Assembly (NCBI GenBank): GCA_963761305.1
Contig: CAVXGK010000002.1
Coordinates: forward strand, 704,001 to 768,000
DNA from: an uncultured Gemmatimonadaceae bacterium
GTDB lineage: Bacteria; Gemmatimonadota; Gemmatimonadetes; Gemmatimonadales; Gemmatimonadaceae
Length of the DNA: 64,000 nt
Direction: 5' to 3'
Notes under the pieces: model-generated
Databases searched by the model: none
The model's input: the letters and a program-made list of their open reading frames with translations, nothing else
What the model was told of the DNA's origin: nothing
Part shown: positions 39,325-51,013 of the stretch, piece after piece
How positions within the stretch are numbered: the stretch's first letter is position 1
Layout of the letters: every line of letters starts with the position of its first letter
Translations under genes and position numbers: made by a program

Positions 39325-40703
39325 TAGCAGCCGCAGCCGAACCGCAGCTTGTCGGGGTCCGCCGGCGGCTCGGTGGGATAGTCGCCTGAAAAACAGGCGT
39401 GGCAGAATCCACCGGGGCCGTTGGGCACCGACTCGAGCATGCCGTCGAGCGAGAGATAGCCGAGACTGTCGACGCCCAAGTGCACGGCGATCTGATCGAC
39501 GCTGTTGTTGGCGGCGATCAACTCTTCGCGCGACGGCGTGTCGATGCCGTAGTAACACGGACCGGTAACCGGCGGGGAGCTCACGCGCATGTGCACCTCG
39601 CGCGCACCGGCACCGCGCACGAGCGCGACGAGGCCGCGCGTCGTCGTGCCGCGCACGATCGAGTCGTCGACGATCACGACGCTCTTGCCGTCGATGATCT
39701 CGCGGACCGGATTGTACTTCACCTTCACTTTCGCGTCGCGGCCGGCCTGCGTCGGCTGGATGAACGTGCGACCCACGTAGTGATTGCGGATGAGCGCGAG
39801 CTCGTAGGGCAGCCCACTCTCCTCGGCGAATCCCAGCGCGGCGGAGTTCGACGAGTCGGGCACGCTGAACACCAGATCGGCCGTCGGCGCCGGATGTTCG
39901 CGGGCGAGCCGCTTGCCAAGCGCGCGACGCGCCCGATCGACCGAGCCGCCGTACACGCGGCTGTCCGGCCGCGCGAAGTACACGTACTCGAACACGCAGC
40001 GGCGCGATTCCTGTTTCGCCAACGGATGCGACGACTGCACGCCGTTGCCGTTCACCGACACGATCTCGCCCGGCTCGACGTCGCGCTCGTACGTCGCACC
40101 GACGATGTCGAGGGCGCACGTCTCCGACGCGAACACCACCGCGTCGCCGAGGCGGCCCATGGCGAGTGGACGCCAGCCGCGCGGGTCGCGCGCAGCGAGC
40201 ATCGTGTTGCCCATCGCGACGATCAGGCTGTAGGCGCCATCCACACGCCTCAACGCGTCGGCGAGTCGCAGCGCGGGCGTCGGCGAGGTGGACCGCGCGA
40301 GCTCGTGGACGATGACCTCCGAGTCATTCGTCGAGGCGAAGATCGAACCCTTGTCCTCGAGCTCGTGCCGCACCTCGGCCGCGTTGATCAGGTTGCCGTT
40401 GTGGGCGAGCGTGATGAAGCCGCCCTTGGAGCGGGCGACGACCGGCTGGGCGTTGTCGATCGTCGACGAGCCGGCGGTGCTGTACCGCGTATGCCCGACG
40501 GCCGACGTGCCCGGGATCCTCGAGAGGTCTTGGACGAGCGCGTCGGAAAGCGTCCCCATGCGACGCACCGCTCGCGCTTGTCCCGCGTCATCGATCGACA
40601 CCACGCCGACCGATTCCTGACCGCGATGCTGGAGGGAGTACAGACCGAGCTGCGCGATGTGGGTCGCGTCGGAATGGCCGTGGACTCCGAAGATGCCGCA
40701 CAT
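39324..40703 (-). CDS. purF: Amidophosphoribosyltransferase
   Basis: MCGIFG, LQHRGQE, GHTRYST, CVFEYVYFARPDS, VDDSIVRGTT. Confidence 0.98.
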   Translation of the reverse strand: MCGIFGVHGHSDATHIAQLGLYSLQHRGQESVGVVSIDDAGQARAVRRMGTLSDALVQDLSRIPGTSAVGHTRYSTAGSSTIDNAQPVVARSKGGFITLAHNGNLINAAEVRHELEDKGSIFASTNDSEVIVHELARSTSPTPALRLADALRRVDGAYSLIVAMGNTMLAARDPRGWRPLAMGRLGDAVVFASETCALDIVGATYERDVEPGEIVSVNGNGVQSSHPLAKQESRRCVFEYVYFARPDSRVYGGSVDRARRALGKRLAREHPAPTADLVFSVPDSSNSAALGFAEESGLPYELALIRNHYVGRTFIQPTQAGRDAKVKVKYNPVREIIDGKSVVIVDDSIVRGTTTRGLVALVRGAGAREVHMRVSSPPVTGPCYYGIDTPSREELIAANNSVDQIAVHLGVDSLGYLSLDGMLESVPNGPGGFCHACFSGDYPTEPPADPDKLRFGCGC

Positions 40704-40751
40704 GATTTCAGGTCCGGGCTACGATCACGGCTGTCGAGGCTCGCACGCGGT

Positions 40752-43037
40752 CTACTGCGCGGCAAGCGCCGACTGCGCCATGATCCGGGGAATCGTTTCG
40801 TGATAGGCGGCGTCGAGCCGCGCGAGCGGCGCGACGATTCGCGCAGACGTGGTTGAAATCTGCACGGGTTCGCCGCTTCCTCCTACTGTTCCGATGACGC
40901 GCGCCGGAATTCCGTGTCGTGCCGCGATGGCGAGCACGACGTCGGGCGACGCGGTGCTGACGACCGCGCGAGCCTGCGCTTCACCGTACAGCAGCGCGCG
41001 ATCGGGCAGCGACGACCACGACGTCAGGTCGATCGTGGCGCCGACCTGGTTGGCGCGGTCCATGATGCAGCACTCGACGATGGCGACCGCCAGGCCGCCG
41101 TCGCTGCAGTCGTGGGCCGATCGAACCACGCCGCGTTGAATCGCCTCCAGCAACGCGTCGATCAACTCGCGTTCGTCGTCCACGTCGCACGGCGGAGGCG
41201 ATCCGGCGACGACGCCATGGACGCGCGCCAGATACTCGCTGCCGCCGATGTGGTCCGTGGGCGACCCGAGCAGGACGATCGCGTCGCCCGGCTGCCGAAA
41301 ATTCGCCCGCGTGATGTGGGCGAGCGATTCCACCAGGCCGACCATGCCGATGACCGGGGTCGGGAACACCGCGCCGCCCGGATTCTCGTTGTAGAGCGAG
41401 ACGTTGCCGCCCGTGACGGGCGTGCCGAGCGCGTTGCACGCTTCGGTCATACCGTGGACGGCTTCGCGAAGCTGGAAGTAGACCTCGGGGCGCCGCGGGT
41501 TGCCGAAGTTCAGGTTGTTGGTGATCGCCATGGGCCGCGCCCCGGTGCACGCGACGTTACGCGCCGCCTCGCACACGGCGATACGCGCGCCGACGCGCGG
41601 GTCGAGATAGGCGTATCGGCCGTTGCAATCGGTCTTGAGGGCGAGGGCGCGATCGGTGCCGCGCACCCGCACCACTGCCGCGTCGCCGCCGGGGCCGATC
41701 ACCGTGTTGGTCCGCACGGTCGTGTCGTATTGCCGGAACACCCATGTCTTCGACGCGATGTTGGGCGACGAGAGCATCTGGTCGAGGGTCCAGAGCGGAT
41801 CGCGCTCCTCGGGTCGCTCGGCGACGGCGTTCACGTCGCGCTCGCGCGCGTCGCGAATGGTCTCGCTCTCGCGCGCCTCGGGCGTGTAGGTCGGGCAGTC
41901 GGTGACGAGGCGCGTGCCCGGAAACTCGGCGACGACGCGGTCGCCTTCGGTCACGCGATACACCGGCTCCGCGATGACCTCGCCGATCACCGCCGCGGTG
42001 AGGTCCCACTTTTGGAGAATCGCCGCGACTTCGTCTTCGCGTCCCCGTTTGGCGACGACGAGCATTCGCTCCTGCGATTCGCTGAGCAGAATCTCGTACG
42101 GGGTCATGCCCGTCTCGCGCACGGGAACCTTCGTCGTGTCGATCGTGACGCCGACGTCGCCGCGCGCGGCCATCTCCGCCGATGACGACGTGAGGCCGGC
42201 CGCGCCCATGTCCTGAATGGCGACGATGGCGCCGCTGTGAATCAGTTCCAGGCTCGCCTCGAGCAGCAGCTTCTCGGTGAACGGATCGCCCACCTGCACG
42301 CGAGGACGCTTGGCGTCGCTCTGCGCCGACAGATCCTCCGACGCGAACGACGCGCCGTGAATCCCGTCTCGGCCGGTGCGCGCGCCGACGGCGATGATCG
42401 GATTGCCGATGCCCTGCGCCACCGCGCGAATCAGCTCGTCTTCGTGCATCAAGCCGACGCACATCGCATTGACCAGCGGATTGCCCTCGTAGGCTGGGTC
42501 GAACGATACCTCGCCGGCAACGGTGGGAATCCCGACGCAGTTCCCGTAGTCGCCGATGCCTTTCACGACGCCGGCGAACAGGTAGCGCACGCGCGCCGAG
42601 TCGAGCGAACCGAATCGGAGCGAGTTGAGCATCGCGATCGGGCGGGCGCCCATGGTGAACACGTCGCGCAGAATGCCGCCGACGCCCGTCGCCGCGCCCT
42701 GATACGGCTCCACCGCCGACGGGTGGTTGTGCGACTCGATCTTGAACGCGACGGCGAGGCCGTCGCCGATACTGATCACGCCGGCGTTTTCACCCGGACC
42801 CTGGAGCACGAACGGCGCGTGCGTGGGGAGCGTCTTGAGGAGCGGGCGCGAATGCTTGTAGGAGCAGTGTTCGCTCCACAGCGCGCTGACGATGCCCAGC
42901 TCCGTGAAGGTCGGCTCGCGCCCCAACATGTCGACGAGTCGGCGATACTCGTCCGGCGTGAGTCCATGTTCGGCGACCAGCGCCGGAGTGATGGCGGGAT
43001 CGCCGGGACGCGGCTCGACCTTCGCGCTCAGTTGCAT
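40752..43037 (-). CDS. purL: Phosphoribosylformylglycinamidine synthase subunit PurL (small type)
   Basis: [42 protein letters not shown]. Confidence 0.98.
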   Translation of the reverse strand: MQLSAKVEPRPGDPAITPALVAEHGLTPDEYRRLVDMLGREPTFTELGIVSALWSEHCSYKHSRPLLKTLPTHAPFVLQGPGENAGVISIGDGLAVAFKIESHNHPSAVEPYQGAATGVGGILRDVFTMGARPIAMLNSLRFGSLDSARVRYLFAGVVKGIGDYGNCVGIPTVAGEVSFDPAYEGNPLVNAMCVGLMHEDELIRAVAQGIGNPIIAVGARTGRDGIHGASFASEDLSAQSDAKRPRVQVGDPFTEKLLLEASLELIHSGAIVAIQDMGAAGLTSSSAEMAARGDVGVTIDTTKVPVRETGMTPYEILLSESQERMLVVAKRGREDEVAAILQKWDLTAAVIGEVIAEPVYRVTEGDRVVAEFPGTRLVTDCPTYTPEARESETIRDARERDVNAVAERPEERDPLWTLDQMLSSPNIASKTWVFRQYDTTVRTNTVIGPGGDAAVVRVRGTDRALALKTDCNGRYAYLDPRVGARIAVCEAARNVACTGARPMAITNNLNFGNPRRPEVYFQLREAVHGMTEACNALGTPVTGGNVSLYNENPGGAVFPTPVIGMVGLVESLAHITRANFRQPGDAIVLLGSPTDHIGGSEYLARVHGVVAGSPPPCDVDDERELIDALLEAIQRGVVRSAHDCSDGGLAVAIVECCIMDRANQVGATIDLTSWSSLPDRALLYGEAQARAVVSTASPDVVLAIAARHGIPARVIGTVGGSGEPVQISTTSARIVAPLARLDAAYHETIPRIMAQSALAAQ

Positions 43038-43044
43038 CGTCTAG

Positions 43045-43587
43045 TCAGCTCGCTGGTTTCTTGACGGGTTGCGACTTCTTGGCGGTCGTGTCCTTCGCGG
43101 CGGGTTTCTTCGGAGCGGCGGGTTTGGCGGGCGCCGTCTCGCCGCCCTCGACCTTCTCGACCTTCGCGTTTTTCGCGTCGGCCTTGGGCGCGTCGACCTT
43201 GGCCACCTTCGCGGCCTTGGTCTGCTTGTCGATCTTGTCGGCCTTGGCGACCTTCTCGCCCTGGTCCGACCCGACGCGCGCGTCGGCGATCGAGATCATG
43301 CGCGGCGAGCTGCTCGTGCCCGAATAGCGGCGGGCACTCGAGCGAAAAATCGCGTCGACCACCTTGTCGCTGTCGAGGACGACGAGGTCGCTCATGCCGC
43401 AGGAGCGTTCGCATCCATTTTTGTACAGCAGATACGTGTGGCCGTCGTAGGTCCGAGCGGACATCGGCTCGCCCAGCTTGGCGACGACCTGCGCGCGGGT
43501 CATGCCCGAGTCGATCGTGGCCGGGGTGGGATCCTGCGCCGCGGCCTGGGTCGCGGCGAGTGTGACGGCGAGAAGCAGCCCGATCAT
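43045..43587 (-). CDS. Hypothetical secreted protein with Lys/Ala-rich tail
   Basis: GAGGA RBS, signal peptide, GMTRAQVVAKLGEP (BamE/SmpA-like start), CERSC. Confidence 0.7.
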   Translation of the reverse strand: MIGLLLAVTLAATQAAAQDPTPATIDSGMTRAQVVAKLGEPMSARTYDGHTYLLYKNGCERSCGMSDLVVLDSDKVVDAIFRSSARRYSGTSSSPRMISIADARVGSDQGEKVAKADKIDKQTKAAKVAKVDAPKADAKNAKVEKVEGGETAPAKPAAPKKPAAKDTTAKKSQPVKKPAS

Positions 43588-43597
43588 TGCAATTTCC

Positions 43598-44290
43598 TCA
43601 TGCAGTGACGCGGGCGAGCAGCGATTCGAACACGCCGAGTCCATCAGCGGAACCCAGCAGCGGATCGACGGCACGCTCGGGGTGCGGCATCATGCCGAGC
43701 ACGTTTCCCGCGTCGTTGACGATTCCGGCGATGGCGCGTGTGGCTCCGTTGGGGGACCACCATTCGTCGGCGTCTCCCGGACCGCCGACGTACCGAAACA
43801 CCACGCGCCCTTCGCCTTCCAGTCTATCGACCGTTTGCTGGTCCGCCGTGTAACGCCCATCTCCGTGCGCGATAGGGATTCGGAGCACTTGGCCGGCCTC
43901 GTATCGGTTGCTGAACCACGTATCGGTGGATTCGACACGAAGTGATACAAGTTCCGAGACAAACTTCAGACTCTCATTCCGTAGCAATGCGCCCGGCAGG
44001 AGCCCCGCCTCGCAGGCGATCTGGAAGCCGTTGCAGATGGCGATCACCGGCCCGCCCCGACTCGCGAACGAGACGACCTCGCGCATGATCGGGCTGAATC
44101 GCGCGATGGCGCCGGGACGCAGGTAGTCACCGTACGAGAATCCTCCGGGCAGGATCACGACGTCGCTGTGCTGAAGGTCGTGGTCCTTGTGCCAGAGAAA
44201 GACGGCGTCCTCGCCGATTCCATCGACCACCGCGCGATAGGCGTCGAAGTCGCAGTTGGAGCCGGGGAAGGTGACGACGCCGAACTTCAT
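43598..44290 (-). CDS. purQ: FGAM synthase glutaminase subunit PurQ
   Basis: FPGSNCD, PGGFSYGDYLR, ICNGFQI, GMMPHPER. Confidence 0.98.
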   Translation of the reverse strand: MKFGVVTFPGSNCDFDAYRAVVDGIGEDAVFLWHKDHDLQHSDVVILPGGFSYGDYLRPGAIARFSPIMREVVSFASRGGPVIAICNGFQIACEAGLLPGALLRNESLKFVSELVSLRVESTDTWFSNRYEAGQVLRIPIAHGDGRYTADQQTVDRLEGEGRVVFRYVGGPGDADEWWSPNGATRAIAGIVNDAGNVLGMMPHPERAVDPLLGSADGLGVFESLLARVTA

Positions 44291-44544
44291 GTCGCCTCCA
44301 CGGCGGCAATCTCGAAGTCCTCGGTCACCGGATTGGCGAGCAGCCGGTCGCACATCTCGCGCGTCGAGCGCTCGGCGTCCTGCGGGTTCGGCGCGTCGAG
44401 CTCGACGACCACGTGACGTCCGACGTGGACGTCGCGCACAGCGGCGAAGCCCAGCGTGTGCAAGGCATCGGCGACGGTGCGGCCCTGCGGGTCGAGGATT
44501 CCGCGGCGCGGCGTGATGTGGACGGCAACGCGATATCGACTCAT
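44287..44544 (-). CDS. purS: FGAM synthase subunit PurS
   Basis: ILDPQG, LLANPVTE. Confidence 0.96.
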   Translation of the reverse strand: MSRYRVAVHITPRRGILDPQGRTVADALHTLGFAAVRDVHVGRHVVVELDAPNPQDAERSTREMCDRLLANPVTEDFEIAAVEAT

Positions 44545-45677
44545 TCGGGCTTTCCAGTCGGCGAGTCAGGGGGTGGAGAAGAAGTTGGTGGAGCGGAAGG
44601 GGGTGGTCCGGAGGTCGATCCCGGCGAGGAAGGCGGTCGATTGCCGCGCTGGCCGCGCCGCCGCCGTCGCCGCCGCGAGAGTCGCGTCTCCTCGGCGCGG
44701 GCGCCGTCGCGCGAATCGCGGCGATCCTCGTCGCGGCCGTCGCCGCGAATCGGCCGGCCGGCGATCGTCTCGGTGACAACGCCTGCCGCCGCCACTCGAG
44801 GCGTCGTCCGCGCCGGCACACCGCGCCGCGAATCGCGCTCGAGCGGCTCGAGTGGTTCGAGCTCATCGCCGCCGTAGGCCTCTTCCGGCGACCCGGACCG
44901 GCCAAGCATGCCGAGGATCGTCGCACGCACGAAGCCGTAGGCCACGTAGAGAAGAAGCGCGGGGAAGATGAACTCCTCCTTCCGCACCACGAGCAACACG
45001 ATGGAGCCGGCCACGACGATCGAGCCGACCAGCTTGCGCGGCGTGCGCCATCCGATCGACGGCACGTTGGGATAGGGCACCTCGCTGATCATCAGCGCGG
45101 CGAGCACCGCCATCAGACCGCGCAGGATCACGTGCCACGGCAACTCGGAGAGCGTGCTGTTCGTGAAGAGAATGACGGCCTGATTGTAAAGCGGCGTCTG
45201 GCTGAACCAGTAGTACGTCGCCAGCGTGAGGCCCGCGGCGGGACTCGGCAGCCCGTGGAAGTAGGTCTTCTTGCGCCCGGCCTGCTCGATGTTGAAGCGC
45301 GCGAGTCGCATCACAGCGCAGGCCGTGAAGATGAACACGAACAGCCATTCCCACGTGCCGTGGCTCGGCAGCTCGAGGTACATCATGAGCGCCGGCGCGA
45401 AGCCGAACGTGATGGCGTCGACCAGCGAATCGAGCTCCTCGCCGAACTTGCTGCCGGTGCCGGTCGCGCGCGCGACGCGCCCGTCGAGGACGTCGGCGAT
45501 TCCGCCGAGCACGATGAACGCGGGCGCCGTGGCGAACTCGCCGCGAATGGCGAGGATGATCGCGTAGATGCCGCAGAACAGGTTGAACAGCGTGAGACCG
45601 TTCGGCATCAGCACGACGGCCCGCCGCACGACGCGGCGAGGTCGCCGGTCTCCGGATCCGCGACGCATGGCGATCAT
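44541..45677 (-). CDS. pssA: CDP-diacylglycerol-serine O-phosphatidyltransferase
   Basis: DVLDGRVAR..FGEELDSLVD, RLARFN, GLPSP; adjacent to psd. Confidence 0.92.
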   Translation of the reverse strand: MIAMRRGSGDRRPRRVVRRAVVLMPNGLTLFNLFCGIYAIILAIRGEFATAPAFIVLGGIADVLDGRVARATGTGSKFGEELDSLVDAITFGFAPALMMYLELPSHGTWEWLFVFIFTACAVMRLARFNIEQAGRKKTYFHGLPSPAAGLTLATYYWFSQTPLYNQAVILFTNSTLSELPWHVILRGLMAVLAALMISEVPYPNVPSIGWRTPRKLVGSIVVAGSIVLLVVRKEEFIFPALLLYVAYGFVRATILGMLGRSGSPEEAYGGDELEPLEPLERDSRRGVPARTTPRVAAAGVVTETIAGRPIRGDGRDEDRRDSRDGARAEETRLSRRRRRRRGQRGNRPPSSPGSTSGPPPSAPPTSSPPPDSPTGKPE

Positions 45678-46327
45678 TGGCCCTTCAGCTCGCCGAGGAC
45701 GGTGGTGCCGGCGAACGTCGCGTCGCCGACCTTGACGCGAAGCGACGCGCTCACCGGCACGAATACGTCGACGCGCGACCCGAAGCGGATGAGCCCCATG
45801 CGCGCGCCCTGCTGCACACGATCGCCGACCTTCGAGTCGGTGACGATGCGGCGCGCGATGAGACCGGCGATCTGCCGAACGAGCACGTGGTTCGAGCCCG
45901 CCTCGATGCCGATCGACGTCTGTTCGTTCTCGAGGCTCGACTGCTCCGCGGCCGCGTTCATGAAGCGGCCGGCCGTGTGGTCCACGAGACGGACGATGCC
46001 GTCCACCGGATACCGGTTCACGTGCACGTTGAACACGTTCATGAAGATCGACAGCCGGATCGAGCGCTCCTTCATGAAAGTCGGTTCGTCCACCTGCGTG
46101 ATCATCACGATCTTGCCGTCGGCCGGCGCGATGACGAGCCGTTCGCCGCGCTCGCCGGTGCGCTCGGGATCACGAAAAAAGTACGCGACCCAGAGGGCGA
46201 TGAGCGCCAGCGCGAACGCGAACAGCCAGAGCGGCCACGATCGGCGCATGAGCGCCACGGCGAACACGGCCGCCGCGACGAGGAACGCGATGACGATGAA
46301 GCTCAACCCCTCGCGGGCGAAATTCAC
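45674..46327 (-). CDS. psd: Phosphatidylserine decarboxylase
   Basis: [32 protein letters not shown] autocleavage motif. Confidence 0.95.
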   Translation of the reverse strand: MNFAREGLSFIVIAFLVAAAVFAVALMRRSWPLWLFAFALALIALWVAYFFRDPERTGERGERLVIAPADGKIVMITQVDEPTFMKERSIRLSIFMNVFNVHVNRYPVDGIVRLVDHTAGRFMNAAAEQSSLENEQTSIGIEAGSNHVLVRQIAGLIARRIVTDSKVGDRVQQGARMGLIRFGSRVDVFVPVSASLRVKVGDATFAGTTVLGELKGQ

Positions 46328-47262
46328 GGTCGCGCCTCTCCGCCGACGGCCTCGTCGAGCGTCGATCCGGTGATGCGGCGGAACGCGTCGAGGTAGCGCG
46401 CGCTGGTCGCGTCGACGACCGCGGGTGGAAGCGATGGCGGCGGCGCGTCGCCGTTCCAGGCCCCCGCGCGGCGCTCCCCGTCGAGGTAGTCGCGCAGCGG
46501 CTGCTTGTCGAAGCTGGGCTGCGGCGTGCCCGGCGTGTACCGGTCGGCGGGCCAGAAGCGCGAGCTGTCGGGCGTGAGCACTTCGTCGATCAGCGTGATG
46601 ACGCCGGCGCGATCGCGGCCGAACTCGAACTTGGTGTCGGCGATGATGATTCCGCGTTTGGCGGCGATCTCGCGACCGCTGTCGTAGATCAGTCGGCTCA
46701 ACCGCTCGAGCTCGAGTGCCACGTCTTCGCCGACCGTCTCGGCCATACGCTCCGTCGTGATGTTCTCGTCGTGACCCGTCTCGGCTTTGGTCGCCGGACT
46801 GAAGATGGCCGGCTCGAGCTTGTCGCCCTCGCGAAGGTCGGCCGACAACGGCTCGCCGGCCAGCGTGCCGCTCGCGCGGTATTCCTTCCACGCCGAACCC
46901 GACAGGTACCCGCGCACGACGCACTCCACCGGAAAGACGTCGGTGCGGCGGCACAGCATCGCGCGGCCGACGAGCGACGTCCGGTGATCGGCGAGCGACG
47001 GCACCTCGGCGATGATCTCGTCGATGTTCGCCGAGAGCATGTGATGGCGGACGAGGCTCTCGAACTGGCGGAGCCACCACGCGGTGATCTGAGTGAGAAC
47101 AGCGCCTTTGTGCGGAATGGCCTCGGCCATCACCACGTCGAAGGCGCTGACGCGATCGGTGGCGACGAGCAGTAAGCGGTCGTCGTCGACGATGTAGACC
47201 TCGCGCACCTTGCCGCGTCGCAGGTGGCGCAGGGGAATGCCGGTGAGCTCGGCCACGGTCAT
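46324..47262 (-). CDS. purC: SAICAR synthetase
   Basis: [39 protein letters not shown]. Confidence 0.97.
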   Translation of the reverse strand: MTVAELTGIPLRHLRRGKVREVYIVDDDRLLLVATDRVSAFDVVMAEAIPHKGAVLTQITAWWLRQFESLVRHHMLSANIDEIIAEVPSLADHRTSLVGRAMLCRRTDVFPVECVVRGYLSGSAWKEYRASGTLAGEPLSADLREGDKLEPAIFSPATKAETGHDENITTERMAETVGEDVALELERLSRLIYDSGREIAAKRGIIIADTKFEFGRDRAGVITLIDEVLTPDSSRFWPADRYTPGTPQPSFDKQPLRDYLDGERRAGAWNGDAPPPSLPPAVVDATSARYLDAFRRITGSTLDEAVGGEARP

Positions 47263-48695
47263 ACGCGCACGTCCTCGGCTTCGGTGTGTAGGACCTGCCT
47301 GCGGGCGAGCAACGGATCGACCACCTCGCGCAGGAATTCGTCGACTTGTTCGGCGGCGCGACCGACGAAGCGGTGCGGATCGAGCGCCGCCTCGAGATCG
47401 CCGATCGGTACGCCGAATTCGCGATCGCCAGCGAGCCGGTCGAGCAGATCGTTGCGTTCCGCGCCGTCCTTGACGGCGCGCGCCGCTTCGATGCTGTGGC
47501 GTCGAATGCATTCGTGCGCAACCTGGCGGTCGATGCCGGCATTCACCGCGCGCACGATCAACTCCTCGGTGGCCATGAACGGCAGCTCGTCGGCGAGCCG
47601 CCGCCGAATGCGGGCGGGATGTACCTCGAGGCCGCACGCGACGTTCTCCATCAACACGAGAATTGCGTCGGTGGCGAGGAAGCTCTCCGGAATCACCAGA
47701 CGGCGGTTCGCGCTGTCGTCGAGCGTGCGCTCGAAGAACTGCGTCCCGTGCGTGAGATTCGCGTTCGGCTCGAGCGAGATGACGAATCGCGAGAGCGACG
47801 CGATGCGCTCGCAGCGCATCGGGTTTCGCTTGTATGCCATCGCCGACGACCCGACCTGCTCTTTCTCGAAGGGCTCTTCGATCTCGCCGACCGACTGCAG
47901 CACCCGCACGTCGCCGCTGAACTTCATCGCGCTGGCGGCGATGCCGGCGACGGTGCCGAGAATTTGCGCGTCGAGCTTGCGCGTGTAGGTCTGCCCCGAA
48001 ACGGGGATGGAGTGCTCGAAGCCCATGGCGCGGGATACACGGCGGTCCAGCTCGCGCACCTTCGCATGGTCGCCGCCGAAAATCTCGAGAAAGCTCGCCT
48101 GCGTACCCGTCGTGCCTTTCACGCCCCGGCAGGGCAGGGTCGCGATGCGATGGTCGAGGTCGGCGACGTCGAGCACGAGATCCTGCATCCACGTCGCGGC
48201 CCGCTTGCCGACCGTCGTGGGCTGCGCCGCCTGCAGGTGCGTCGAGCCCAGCGTCGGTTCGGCGCGCCACTCCCGCGCGAACGCGGACAGGGCGCGCAGC
48301 ACGCGGATCGCCTTGGCGCGCAGGAGCTCCAGCCCGCGGCGCATCAGGATCAGGTCGGCGTTGTCGGTGACGAACGCGCTCGTCGCGCCAAAGTGGATGA
48401 ACCCGCGCGCCGCCGGCGCGACGTCGCCGAAGGCGTGGATGTGGGCCATCACGTCGTGACGAAATCGCTTTTCGTACGACGCGACCGCCTCGAAGTCGAT
48501 GTCGTCGAGGTGCGCGCGCATCTCGACGATCGCCGCGTCGGGGATCGAAACGCCCAGCGCCTGCTCCGCCTCGGCGAGCGCGAGCCAGAGGCGTCGCCAT
48601 TGGCCGTAGCGTTCGGCCGGCGACCACAAAGACAGCATCGCCTTCGACGCGTATCGCTCGGCGAGCGGCGACGAGTAGCGATCGTGATCGCTCAT
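47259..48695 (-). CDS. purB: Adenylosuccinate lyase
   Basis: [42 protein letters not shown]. Confidence 0.97.
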   Translation of the reverse strand: MSDHDRYSSPLAERYASKAMLSLWSPAERYGQWRRLWLALAEAEQALGVSIPDAAIVEMRAHLDDIDFEAVASYEKRFRHDVMAHIHAFGDVAPAARGFIHFGATSAFVTDNADLILMRRGLELLRAKAIRVLRALSAFAREWRAEPTLGSTHLQAAQPTTVGKRAATWMQDLVLDVADLDHRIATLPCRGVKGTTGTQASFLEIFGGDHAKVRELDRRVSRAMGFEHSIPVSGQTYTRKLDAQILGTVAGIAASAMKFSGDVRVLQSVGEIEEPFEKEQVGSSAMAYKRNPMRCERIASLSRFVISLEPNANLTHGTQFFERTLDDSANRRLVIPESFLATDAILVLMENVACGLEVHPARIRRRLADELPFMATEELIVRAVNAGIDRQVAHECIRRHSIEAARAVKDGAERNDLLDRLAGDREFGVPIGDLEAALDPHRFVGRAAEQVDEFLREVVDPLLARRQVLHTEAEDVRV

Positions 48696-50104
48696 CTGAG
48701 CGCGAACTCCGTCATTCCCAGTTGCCCCTGTCGCTCGAGTGTGACGCGCAGATAGGTGCGGTTGCCGTAGTAGTTGATGGCTTTCTGAACGTCCTCCGCC
48801 GAGTGAATCGGCGTGCTGTTGATTTGCAGAATCACGTCGCCTGTCTGGAGTCCGGTTTGGTCGGACACCGTCTGGCTCACGTTGAACACGAGCGCTCCGC
48901 GCACGCTCCGGAGCGCGTGCTCGGAGGCGATCGACGGCGTCACCGTCACCAGCTCGAGCTCGCGCAGGACCTGAACTTTGGGCGCGGAGACCTCGGGCAG
49001 ATCGGCGACGTTCACGTCGACGTCGAACTCGCGGGTGCCTCGTTTGACATGCAATTGAGCGGGCTGACCGACTCGCAAGTCGAGCAGCGCGGCCTGCCAG
49101 TCGAACGGGTTGTGGATGACGCGGCTGCCCTCGCGCAGGATGTCGTCGCCAGGCTGGAGATCGGCGCGGGCCGCGGGCGAGCCGGCGTCGACCGCCGCGA
49201 CGTAGGCGCCCTGCGTGAGCTGGTCGCGCGGGTTCGCCGAATTCGACTGGCGGAGCCGCACCCCGATCCACGGACTGCGAATCGAGCCGTGCGTGATCAG
49301 GTCATCCACCACGCGCGCGACGCGATTGATCGGAATCGCGAACCCGAGTCCCACCGAACCGCCGCTCGGCGAAAAGATGCTGCTGTTCACGCCGATGACT
49401 TCGCCGTCGGCGTCGACCAAGGGCCCGCCGGAGTTGCCGGGATTGATCGCCGCGTCGGTCTGGATCATGTCGAAGTACGACGCCTGACCCTCGCCCGGCG
49501 CGATGAGATTGCGCTGCGTCGCGCTGATCACGCCCACGCTCACGCTCGGTTCGCTGTTGCCGAGGTAGAACCCGAACGGGTTGCCGATGGCGATCGCCCA
49601 TTCGCCGATCACCAGGTTGTTCGAGTTCCCGAGCTTCGCGTCGGGAAGACTCTTGGCATCGATGCGCAGCACGGCGATGTCGTTCGCTTCGTCCGACCCG
49701 AGCACCTTGGCCGGAAACACGCTCCCGTCGCGCATCATCACCGAGACCTTCGTCGCGCCGGCGACCACGTGCGCGTTGGTGACGATGACTCCATCCGAGC
49801 GAACCACGAACCCGGTGCCGAGTCCCGCCGACGTGCGCGGCTGCGCGCGTCCGAAGAAGATGTCGAACGGATCCTGCGGCGCCTGATTGACCTGTTCGGT
49901 CTGCACCGTCACGACCGATGGCGAGATCTTGGCGATCGCGTTGGTGATGGCATTCTGCCGCGTCGCCGAGACCTGCGTCGACGCCGCGAGTCGTCCGGCC
50001 GCCGATGGCGCATTCGCCAATTGCTGCGCGTTCGACGAGTCGGGCGTTCGTGAGCATCCCACGACAGCTGACAGCAGCAGTAGTCGAATCAATCGAGACA
50101 TCAT
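48692..50104 (-). CDS. HtrA/DegP-type serine protease with two PDZ domains, lipoprotein
   Basis: VVGC lipobox, [26 protein letters not shown]. Confidence 0.94.
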   Translation of the reverse strand: MMSRLIRLLLLSAVVGCSRTPDSSNAQQLANAPSAAGRLAASTQVSATRQNAITNAIAKISPSVVTVQTEQVNQAPQDPFDIFFGRAQPRTSAGLGTGFVVRSDGVIVTNAHVVAGATKVSVMMRDGSVFPAKVLGSDEANDIAVLRIDAKSLPDAKLGNSNNLVIGEWAIAIGNPFGFYLGNSEPSVSVGVISATQRNLIAPGEGQASYFDMIQTDAAINPGNSGGPLVDADGEVIGVNSSIFSPSGGSVGLGFAIPINRVARVVDDLITHGSIRSPWIGVRLRQSNSANPRDQLTQGAYVAAVDAGSPAARADLQPGDDILREGSRVIHNPFDWQAALLDLRVGQPAQLHVKRGTREFDVDVNVADLPEVSAPKVQVLRELELVTVTPSIASEHALRSVRGALVFNVSQTVSDQTGLQTGDVILQINSTPIHSAEDVQKAINYYGNRTYLRVTLERQGQLGMTEFALR

Positions 50105-50889
50105 ACGACGGTCCTTGGCGGCTCCAGGTAGAGCTCCGGCGGATACACGACGTCATCGAGGAACAACGCGTGCGCCGCGGATGGCGGCGACGCGTCCTCG
50201 TTCGTCTCTGCGTTCAGCAGACGTGCCACGTCGTCAGCCGGGCGGCGCCCGGTGGCGACGTCGAGCATCGTCCCGACGAGAAATCTCACCATATGGTGTA
50301 GGAACCGGTTGGCTTCGATCTCGAACACCAGCCCGCCAACGCGATCCCGCCAGCGCGCGAGAATCACGCGGCAGCGATGATCGTCGTGAGCGGGTGCGGT
50401 GCCGCGCACGGCAAAGCCCCGAAAGCAGTGTTCGCCCTCGATGCGCGCGGCAGCGACATCCAAAGCGCCCCGATCGAGGGGCTGCCCGAACGCCAGCTCG
50501 TACCGCCCGCGAAACGGCGAGTGTGCTTCGTCATCCGTGCCGACGTAGTAGCTGTAGCGCCGGCTCACTGCACTGTAGCGCGCGTGAAATTCGCTTTGCA
50601 TCTCGGTCGCCGCGGCGACCCAAACATCCGGCGGCAGCACGGCGTTCAGGGCGCGCCGCAATTCCTGAACGCTCCACCGGTCCGGCACCCGCAATCCGAC
50701 CGCCTGTCCTCGCGCGTGCACTCCGGCATCGGTCCGACCCGAGCCCAGCGCGGCGATTGTCGCGCTCATGAGGCGCTCCAGTGCCGCCTCCAAAACGCCC
50801 TGGACGGTGCGCGTCTCCGGTTGGCGCTGCCATCCACTAAATCCGGCCCCGTCATAGTGCAACACGAGTCGCACGGTGCGTTCGGCCAT
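50101..50889 (-). CDS. truA: tRNA pseudouridine(38-40) synthase
   Basis: YDGAGFSGWQRQ, GRTDAGVHA, FHARY, FLHHMVR. Confidence 0.97.
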   Translation of the reverse strand: MAERTVRLVLHYDGAGFSGWQRQPETRTVQGVLEAALERLMSATIAALGSGRTDAGVHARGQAVGLRVPDRWSVQELRRALNAVLPPDVWVAAATEMQSEFHARYSAVSRRYSYYVGTDDEAHSPFRGRYELAFGQPLDRGALDVAAARIEGEHCFRGFAVRGTAPAHDDHRCRVILARWRDRVGGLVFEIEANRFLHHMVRFLVGTMLDVATGRRPADDVARLLNAETNEDASPPSAAHALFLDDVVYPPELYLEPPRTVV

Positions 50890-51013
50890 CGCCGGAAAGC
50901 TAGGGAAACCGGAGAGTGTGTCAAGCAACTCGCTCGTGCGTCATAGTGTGGAGGAGCCTCACGTTACACGCCGTTGACGTTGTCGCACGACCGATCCCTC
51001 ATCTGCCGCCGCG

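Noticed and set aside
36619..40119. 1166-aa ORF as a PPDK fusion
   Set aside because: The N-terminal 265 aa are an off-frame read through purF; PPDK starts at 39324.
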